From Patescibacteria group bacterium (GTDB lineage: Bacteria > Patescibacteriota > Patescibacteriia > UBA1558 > GWA2-36-10): DNA of 64,000 nucleotides. Numbering within the stretch: the first letter of the stretch is position 1; every line of letters begins with the position of its first letter. The notes beneath the pieces are model-generated. The model saw only the letters and a list, made by a program, of their open reading frames with translations. It made no database searches and was not told the DNA's origin. Below, piece by piece: positions 57,948-64,000 of the stretch. The position numbers were made by a program, and so were the translations under genes. The stretch spans positions 66,381 to 130,380 of the forward strand of contig JBAZSG010000001.1 in assembly GCA_041662585.1 (NCBI GenBank). Reading direction: 5' to 3'.

Positions 57948-58970
57948 ATGTCTGAAGCCAGAGACAACATAGAGCACGGCCTCACTATCACCAAAAGAGA
58001 GCTGGCTAAACGTGATGAAATTCTCGCCTACCTGCCCGAAATCATCATAGACGCGCATGCTCACGCCGGACTTGAAGAGCAGGTCGGTCAGATTGACCCC
58101 AGAACCATGCAGCACATGATGACGACATTCCCCTTCTTCAGTCTAGAAGACTCGGCCCGAATGAACAGCCTATTCTTTACGGGAAAACTGGTGCATACCT
58201 TGCGCTTTGCCATCCCGTGGAGAGGCATAGATCATCGGTCTGCTAACCAGTACCTGCTGAAAAACAGTCCACCCTCAGATAGGGTTGCCCTTTGTGGCAT
58301 CCCTGATGACCCGGACTATACAATAAACCAATTGTGCAGAAAAAAATACTGCGCACTAAAAATGTATGTCAGATACTTTGAACCCCCGGCAACCAGAATA
58401 TACGAATTTTTTCTGCCTGAGATACTGGAAGAAGCGCAAGTTCTGGACATTCCAATAATACTGCATCTGCCGGCTATGATCACCAAGTGTATTGATGATT
58501 TGGATAGGTGCTTATCGGACTTTCCCAAGCTACGGGTAGTGCTAGCTCACCTGGGCCTACCTCATCTACCCATACCAGGATTAGCAGAAGCTTACGATCA
58601 ATTCGCGAGCTACCCTCAAGTGTCCATGGATACGGCAATGATCCCTTCCAAAGAAGTGGTCGCTCTGGCTCTAAAAGCTTTCGGCCACGATCGAATAATG
58701 TACGGTTCCGATCAACCTCTGAACATACTAAGGCAAGTCGTCTATCACCACCCTGAAAAGGGAGAAAGAATAGTGACGCATCGTCGCTACCACTGGAGTG
58801 ATTCACTAGAACACGAACAATACGGCCACCTGGCTGTTGGTGCCGTGCACTCGCATTGGCAATGCTTAGAATCTCTGCTGGAAGGAATCAAACAAATATT
58901 CCCCAGCTCCGAAGCTGAAGCGCGTCGCAATATATTCTGCGCTAATGCGCGGAAAATGTTCGACTTCTAA
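57948..58970 (+). CDS. Amidohydrolase family protein (GC-rich)
   Basis: IDAHAH, ALKMY, IILHLP, LAHLG, MYGSDQP; SD AGGAGG before MSEARD. Confidence 0.85.
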   Translation: MSEARDNIEHGLTITKRELAKRDEILAYLPEIIIDAHAHAGLEEQVGQIDPRTMQHMMTTFPFFSLEDSARMNSLFFTGKLVHTLRFAIPWRGIDHRSANQYLLKNSPPSDRVALCGIPDDPDYTINQLCRKKYCALKMYVRYFEPPATRIYEFFLPEILEEAQVLDIPIILHLPAMITKCIDDLDRCLSDFPKLRVVLAHLGLPHLPIPGLAEAYDQFASYPQVSMDTAMIPSKEVVALALKAFGHDRIMYGSDQPLNILRQVVYHHPEKGERIVTHRRYHWSDSLEHEQYGHLAVGAVHSHWQCLESLLEGIKQIFPSSEAEARRNIFCANARKMFDF

Positions 58971-59065
58971 ACACGGTACGGTAAGGGGGATTCGCCTAAA
59001 AATGAACCCCCCTTGTTTTATTATTAAAATTCTACAATTTTTTGTAACTCGTACTGTCAAAAAAA

Positions 59066-59135
59066 CAAAAACAAGTTTATAAAAATATAAACTTGTTTTT
59101 GTTGGAATCCTCTGTGGAATAAATTCCGAACCTTT
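59066..59135 (-). repeat. Array junction J4 (terminator + TGG + att-like arm)
   Basis: Palindromic terminator, then TGG(59103)AATCCTCTGTGGAATAAATTCCGAACC. Confidence 0.65.
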
Positions 59136-59137
59136 TG

Positions 59138-59494
59138 TTATCGTTTGTTATAAAATAAATAAATTGGAAGTACTATATCAAATATGATTATTGCTAAAAA
59201 TATTTTGTTTTTTAAAATATTTTTTTTATACATCTTATAATATAATATTGCTATTATAACGAAAGAAACGATTAGTATGGGGATGCCCCAAATTAAATAT
59301 CCTAACCAAGCCCAAAATATGCCGTCATCAGAATTTCCTCTCAACATATTAAGAAGTCCTGCTAAAACGAAATACTTACCTACGAAATACGTACCTACAA
59401 TAACTGGCAGTACAAAAAGGATAAGAAGCCCCCGTAAACCATTAAATTTTTTTGCTGGTCCTAAATTTTTATCAACCTGATTTAATTCTTTCAT
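59138..59494 (-). CDS. Small membrane protein
   Basis: 3 TMs. Confidence 0.6.
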   Translation of the reverse strand: MKELNQVDKNLGPAKKFNGLRGLLILFVLPVIVGTYFVGKYFVLAGLLNMLRGNSDDGIFWAWLGYLIWGIPILIVSFVIIAILYYKMYKKNILKNKIFLAIIIFDIVLPIYLFYNKR

Positions 59495-59503
59495 AATTTT
59501 ATT

Positions 59504-59767
59504 TTAATCTTCTAATAATTCTATTTGTTGGCATTGATTATTATCACAATAACAAGCAAAGGGCTGTGGTAAATATAAAATATCTATACCACCAATTTTT
59601 ATTGGTTTCCTACTCCAACATCCTGATAAAATACCTCCACTGATTTTTTTACAATCTAAATCCTGGCTACAATTTTTACTACCTCCAAAACTAAAAGATG
59701 TAAACAACCATATGTAAATAAATATGCCAATTAAAATTATGATTAAAATCAATAGAATCTTTTTCAT
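59504..59767 (-). CDS. TM-anchored 6-Cys mini-protein, paralog of the N-domain of 36652-37302
   Basis: FTSFSFGGSK.C.QD.DC.KI.GG.L.GCWS.KPIKIG.IDI shared by both proteins. Confidence 0.75.
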   Translation of the reverse strand: MKKILLILIIILIGIFIYIWLFTSFSFGGSKNCSQDLDCKKISGGILSGCWSRKPIKIGGIDILYLPQPFACYCDNNQCQQIELLED

Positions 59768-59774
59768 AATATAA

Positions 59775-59908
59775 TTATACCACCTATTTTTAAAACAAAA
59801 AACTAGCTATTATTAGCTAATTCTCTGATGGATCCCTTATAGCCTGCCTGCCGGCAGGCAGGGACGAATTCAGAACCCTAGATTGGAGCAAGTTGCAACA
59901 CAGTATTC
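59775..59908 (-). repeat. Array junction J3 (promoter + terminator + att-like arm, with palindrome insertion)
   Basis: GATGGATCCCTT..[insert]..GACGAATTCAGAACCCTAGATTGG. Confidence 0.8.
59843..59862. repeat. Perfect 20-bp GC-rich palindrome CCTGCCTGCCGGCAGGCAGG
   Basis: Self-complementary; absent from sibling junctions. Confidence 0.85.
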
Positions 59909-60997
59909 CTAACTTATCTTTTTAACCACACCGTTATCAGCATCTACTTCTATTTTATCGCCATTCTTAAAAATTTTAGTAGCCTCTTTTGTATCAATTA
60001 TACAAGGAATTTTTAACTCACGAGATACTATAGCAGCATGAGAAAGCATGCCACCTTGATCTGCTACAATAGCTGAAGCTTTTTTACACAATGGTAGCCA
60101 ATCAGGACTGGTAGACTCGGCAATTAAAATATCACCTTTCTTCATTTGTTTATCCATCAATTTTACTTTTTTTATATCATAAAACATAGGAGCAATTATG
60201 GCTCTGCCAACTACTTTGCCCTTAAAAGCTGTTCTGCCTTTTAATATTGTTGTTTTGGAAGCCAAGGTGAAGTTTTTATAAAGTTCTAAAGACTGTTTAT
60301 AAGAAAAAGTTTTGATACTATTATTTTGATTTATGGCGCTATAACATTTTTTTCTTTGTTCAATTAAATTTTTAGGAATTTTTTTACCATCAAAAATATT
60401 TAATATTTCATTTGAATATAGGAATCTTCCATCATAATCATATTTCAAAAAATATTTCAATAAATTTTCAAAAACACCCCCTTTAAAAAAATAGTTGTTT
60501 AGTAATTCTCTGCCGTGAAATTTAAACTTGGCTGCTTGAAGTAGATTATTTTTAACTGTTTTAGCTTTATTTTTATCTAAAGAATCTAAATCTATTTCTT
60601 GATAAGGAAATTCGACAAAACCATAATAATACCAAAACTGGGCTAAAAAATTTCTAATTTTTATAAATTCTCTCCTGTTTAATATTTCGGGTGTTTTGTT
60701 ATATTTAGATATTATTTCTTTATTTGCTTTATTAACATAATCTTTAAAATCTTTTAAATATCTTTTAAATCTTGCTTCATTTCCATACAAACACAACCCT
60801 TCTTTAGAAAAATACTTCAAATTATTTTTACTAATAAAAGTATAATAATCTTTATCTTTATGTATAACTAACATCCCCTTGCCCAAAGAACTTGTTAATA
60901 AAAACTCACTATGAAGACAGGTAATAATACCCTTAGTAACAAAAAATCTCACAAAATTATTTGGTGTTATCTTGATTAATTCTATATCCTTTTTCAT
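59909..60997 (-). CDS. PEP-utilising enzyme mobile (His) domain protein
   Basis: ESTSPDW, DQGGMLSHAAIVSRELKIPC, VDADNGVV; no ATP-grasp domain. Confidence 0.85.
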   Translation of the reverse strand: MKKDIELIKITPNNFVRFFVTKGIITCLHSEFLLTSSLGKGMLVIHKDKDYYTFISKNNLKYFSKEGLCLYGNEARFKRYLKDFKDYVNKANKEIISKYNKTPEILNRREFIKIRNFLAQFWYYYGFVEFPYQEIDLDSLDKNKAKTVKNNLLQAAKFKFHGRELLNNYFFKGGVFENLLKYFLKYDYDGRFLYSNEILNIFDGKKIPKNLIEQRKKCYSAINQNNSIKTFSYKQSLELYKNFTLASKTTILKGRTAFKGKVVGRAIIAPMFYDIKKVKLMDKQMKKGDILIAESTSPDWLPLCKKASAIVADQGGMLSHAAIVSRELKIPCIIDTKEATKIFKNGDKIEVDADNGVVKKIS

Positions 60998-61025
60998 TAT
61001 TTTAATTCAAATTTTAATATATTAA

Positions 61026-61135
61026 TTATACCACTTATTTTTAAAACAAAAAACGAGCTAAAATTAGCTCACTTTTTGATGGGGTCCCTTGTGGGAGGAA
61101 TTCCGAACCCTAGACTGGTCAAAATTACAAAATAG
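61026..61135 (-). repeat. Array junction J2
   Basis: GAGCTAAAATTAGCTC terminator, TTTTGA-TGG(61080)GGTCCCTTGTGGGAGGAATTCCGAACCCTAGACTGG. Confidence 0.85.
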
Positions 61136-61138
61136 TTA

Positions 61139-61357
61139 TTAGCTTAATTTTTTAACTTTTAAATAATCATATATAGCCGCTACTGTAAAAATTATCTGTA
61201 AAATTATAAAAATTATATCATCAATATAAATACTATACATTTCTAAACATAAACCTCCTAAAATATAATATATATCTTGGCTCTTTCTTCTTTTTGTTAT
61301 GATACCAATAGAAATTAGTAGAATGCCTAAGGCGCCGATGATTTTAAATATGTCCAT
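61139..61357 (-). CDS. Small membrane protein (72 aa)
   Basis: IIGALGILLISIGI...FIILQIIF; 3 short TMs. Confidence 0.7.
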   Translation of the reverse strand: MDIFKIIGALGILLISIGIITKRRKSQDIYYILGGLCLEMYSIYIDDIIFIILQIIFTVAAIYDYLKVKKLS

Positions 61358-61364
61358 AAAATAA

Positions 61365-61487
61365 TTATAATTCTATTCCCATTTTGGGTCAAACAAAAAA
61401 CAAGCTAAGATTAGCTCACTTTTTGATGGAGTCCCTTGTGGGATGAATTCAGAACCCTAGATTGGGGTAAATTACAATATAATATTC
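61365..61487 (-). repeat. Array junction J1
   Basis: AAGCTAAGATTAGCTC terminator, TTTTGA-TGG(61427)AGTCCCTTGTGGGATGAATTCAGAACCCTAGATTGG. Confidence 0.85.
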
Positions 61488-62936
61488 CTAATTTAACTTT
61501 TTAACTACACCATTATCAGCGTCTACTTCTACTTTATCACCATCTTTTAATACTTGTGTGGCTATTTTGGTGCCAATAATACAAGGTATGCCTAATTCAC
61601 GTGATACTATAGCAGCGTGACAAGTAATTCCTCCTTCATCAGTTATAATAGCAGCTGCTTTTTTCATAGCTGGAGCCATCTCTGGACGAGTCATAGAAGA
61701 AACTAATATATCGCCCTCATCCATATTGATCATATCGTGAATTTTTAAAATAATTTTAACAACACCCTGAGCTTTCCCTTTAGAAGCAACCACTCCTTTT
61801 AACTCTTCTGTTACGCCTTTTTTATTTTGATAAAAATCCAAAAGTTCTTTAACAGTTTTACCAGATATAATTTCATAAGAATTTGGAGTCTGAATACAAA
61901 CACACATTTCTTTTCTGCCTTCTAACTCTTCTTTATCAATTTTTTTAGCTAAAACTTTACGAAATTCTGAATAAACTGAGTAGGTTAATAAATCAAAAGG
62001 GACTTTTGTGCGTTTTTCAACCTCGCGTAAAAACTTAAATTGATAATAATTAGCCATTAAAACATACTTTTTTCTAGTGTCCTGAATACCAAAAAATTCA
62101 TCCATCATATCTATCAGCGAAAGATTCCACTTAGATAGTTTTAATTCTTTAATTAACCCTTCTCTTTCCTTTAGAATGCTTTCTCTAGTTTTAGATGGTG
62201 TGTGATCTATGAGTTTTTTAAAATCCTGATAAATTATTTTGGAAAAATCATCAACTGTTAGATAATTTCCTTTAGCATAATTATTTTGAATATAGAAATA
62301 CTTAGCTGAATGCTGTTCTAATTTATCTAGTGGTATTTTTTTGCCGTCTTTTAAGTATTGTAGTAATTTTTCTCTATCCACCTGTTCTTCTTCAATGAAA
62401 GAAATGTGTTTGGTGGTTATTAATTTAGGAAATATCTCATTAAATCTGTTTCCTAGTATTTTTTCAAACTCAGGAATAATATAACGGTCAGCGTGCATAG
62501 ATACCGCATCACCCAAAGTCATAAAATAAGTAAATTGTTCTAAATATGCCTCGTAAAAACTATCATATAATAATGCTAGTTCTTCATCATTTAATTTTTC
62601 TAAATTTATCTTATCTACTTTATCAATAACTGATTCAAAATCATTTATTTTCTTATACCAATCGTTTTGTATTTTTTTTAAATAATTTTTATCTTTTTTT
62701 AAATTATCTAAAAATAAATTACGTACCCTATCTAAGTCATTATCATTCCAATACCAGTGAACATAATCATTAGTAACAAAAAAGAGAGTTATGGTACTAG
62801 AATCACCATATATCTTTTTCATAGGAAAACCAGTTTGTCCTACTGGAAAGAAAGTGTGTAATACACCGTGAAAGCCTTTATATGTCCAGGTAGATTGGTC
62901 TATCTTATACTTACTTATAATTTCTTCTACTTTCAT
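61488..62936 (-). CDS. PEP-utilising enzyme mobile (His) domain protein
   Basis: MTRPEM, TDEGGITCHAAIVSRELGIPC, VDADNGVV; no ATP-grasp domain. Confidence 0.85.
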   Translation of the reverse strand: MKVEEIISKYKIDQSTWTYKGFHGVLHTFFPVGQTGFPMKKIYGDSSTITLFFVTNDYVHWYWNDNDLDRVRNLFLDNLKKDKNYLKKIQNDWYKKINDFESVIDKVDKINLEKLNDEELALLYDSFYEAYLEQFTYFMTLGDAVSMHADRYIIPEFEKILGNRFNEIFPKLITTKHISFIEEEQVDREKLLQYLKDGKKIPLDKLEQHSAKYFYIQNNYAKGNYLTVDDFSKIIYQDFKKLIDHTPSKTRESILKEREGLIKELKLSKWNLSLIDMMDEFFGIQDTRKKYVLMANYYQFKFLREVEKRTKVPFDLLTYSVYSEFRKVLAKKIDKEELEGRKEMCVCIQTPNSYEIISGKTVKELLDFYQNKKGVTEELKGVVASKGKAQGVVKIILKIHDMINMDEGDILVSSMTRPEMAPAMKKAAAIITDEGGITCHAAIVSRELGIPCIIGTKIATQVLKDGDKVEVDADNGVVKKLN

Positions 62937-62988
62937 AAATAAATTATACCAAATTATATTTTAGTTCGATACCCCATTAGGGCGTATC

Positions 62989-63018
62989 AAAAAATAAGCT
63001 AACCTTAGCTTATTTTTT
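62989..63018 (-). terminator. tRNA-His terminator
   Basis: AAAAAATAAGCTAA-cc-TTAGCTTATTTTTT directly after the tRNA CCA. Confidence 0.8.
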
Positions 63019-63020
63019 GA

Positions 63021-63096
63021 TGGGGTGCCCAGAGGGAATTGAACCCTCATTAGCGGTACCACAAACCGCTGTGTTAACCATTACACCATGGGCACC
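63021..63096 (-). tRNA. tRNA-His (GTG)
   Basis: GGTGCCCA-TGGTGTAATGG...GCGGT-TTGTGGT-ACCGC...GAGGGTTCAATTCCCTC-TGGGCAC-C-CCA; G-1 and encoded CCA. Confidence 0.95.
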
Positions 63097-63109
63097 ATAT
63101 GAATAAATA

Positions 63110-63184
63110 TGGTGCTCCCAGTAGGAATCGAACCTACATCTACGGCTTAGAAGGCCGCTGTTCTATCCGTTGAACTATAGGAGC
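63110..63184 (-). tRNA. tRNA-Arg (TCT)
   Basis: GCTCCTA-TAGTTCAACGGATAGAAC-AGCGGC-CTTCTAA-GCCGT...GGTTCGATTCC...TGGGAGC-ACCA. Confidence 0.95.
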
Positions 63185-63236
63185 AGGATATATAAAACAT
63201 TGCAAACTATAGCAGAAAATAATACTTTAGTCAATG

Positions 63237-64000
63237 CTATGAAACCCTAAGACCTGATTGTTCTCGCCACAAAGCTGCATAAAGTCCACCTTGTTTTATC
63301 AGAGTATCATGTCGGCCAGACTCTACTATCTTTCCTTTTTCCAAAACATATATTTTCTTGGCATGAGCTATAGTTGACAAGCGATGAGCCACCAAAATAC
63401 TAATCATATTGCTATGAACTTTTTCAATACTCTTAATAGTTTCGGTAATTTCCTTTTCTGTTAATGAATCTAAGCTAGAAGTAGCTTCGTCAAATATCAA
63501 TATATCTGGATTTCTAAGCAAAGCCCTAGCAATGGCTAGTCTTTGTTTTTCTCCTCCCGACAATTTGAGTCCCCCTTCACCAATTTTGGTATCCAAACCA
63601 TCTCCCCCTCTACTTATAATACTGTTGGCTGAAGCCTGAGCCATGACTTTGAGACACTCTTCTTCACTGGCTCCGGGGCTAACAAATAATAAATTGTCCC
63701 TAATAGTTCCTGAAAAAAGTTGTGTTTCTTGAGATACCAAACCAATTCTTTTTCTGAGCTTTTCATTTACTACATCATATATACTAGTCTGATTGTTTAA
63801 TATAATATGCCCACTAGTAGCTTTGTATAATTTAACTAATAATTTTATAAGAGTGGTTTTACCAGAGCCACTTGGTCCCACAAAAGCTACTGATTCTCCA
63901 GCTGAAATATCTAAATTTATATTATACAAAGCTTGCTCAGCGTCTGGTCGGTATGAAAAATTAACATCTTTAAAACTTATATTTTTTATATCCCCGATAG
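63237..64000 (-). CDS. ABC transporter ATP-binding protein (exporter type), 5' truncated by window edge
   Basis: GPSGSGKT, LSGGEKQR, FDEATSSLD, AHRLST. Confidence 0.92.
   Translation of the reverse strand, partial: IGDIKNISFKDVNFSYRPDAEQALYNINLDISAGESVAFVGPSGSGKTTLIKLLVKLYKATSGHIILNNQTSIYDVVNEKLRKRIGLVSQETQLFSGTIRDNLLFVSPGASEEECLKVMAQASANSIISRGGDGLDTKIGEGGLKLSGGEKQRLAIARALLRNPDILIFDEATSSLDSLTEKEITETIKSIEKVHSNMISILVAHRLSTIAHAKKIYVLEKGKIVESGRHDTLIKQGGLYAALWREQSGLRVS

Noticed and set aside
54263-59060. Numerous overlapping/antisense ORFs (e.g. 54840-55502, 56271-56876)
   Set aside because: Shadow frames expected in GC-rich coding DNA; no motifs.
61080-61460. Junction arms as additional tRNA genes
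   Set aside because: They show only a T-loop-like GGGTTC.GAATT and a CCA equivalent, with spacing 5 nt longer than in tRNA-His and no D or anticodon arms. Origin as decayed tRNA 3' duplications remains an alternative to the recombinase-tail idea.
59066-63020. CRISPR array or classical integron
   Set aside because: The spacers are whole genes of 0.3-1.6 kb, the repeats are degenerate, and no cas, intI or attC (RYYYAAC...GTTRRRY) structure was seen.
43477-63020. Prophage or IS element
   Set aside because: No phage structural, replication, transposase or integrase genes recognised.

Overview
AT-rich, gene-dense bacterial DNA whose content points to a Patescibacteria/CPR (Parcubacteria-like) genome: type IV pilus cluster, CPR-style pilin, DUF333 lipoproteins, stand-alone PEP-utiliser proteins and many leaderless genes. 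The taxonomy is inferred from gene content only. The left part (1-21 kb) is core: DHH phosphoesterase, clpP, rny-ymdB-HU, comM/yifB, lspA, dksA-like, pnp-rpsO, a degenerate Xer-like recombinase and a pilB-pilC-minor pilin operon. A copper/ECF-sigma cluster (21.5-28.7 kb) and assorted envelope and accessory genes follow. The most striking structure is at 43-63 kb, downstream of tRNA-Arg(TCT)-tRNA-His(GTG) on the minus strand. There, unrelated 1-2 gene units are separated by repeated junctions, each made of an att-like segment ending at a CCA equivalent, a copy of the tRNA-His terminator and a shared promoter. This looks like an integron-like cassette array built by repeated insertion at the tRNA-His 3' end, with no recombinase next to it. 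Other candidates are a ~410-nt highly structured non-coding RNA (8.7-9.1 kb), two leader-peptide attenuators, a pilin fused to an M15-type peptidase, three Asn/Asp-tRNA-synthetase-family genes and unannotated 40-aa ORFs. All calls come from reading motifs by eye; no database search or folding program was run.
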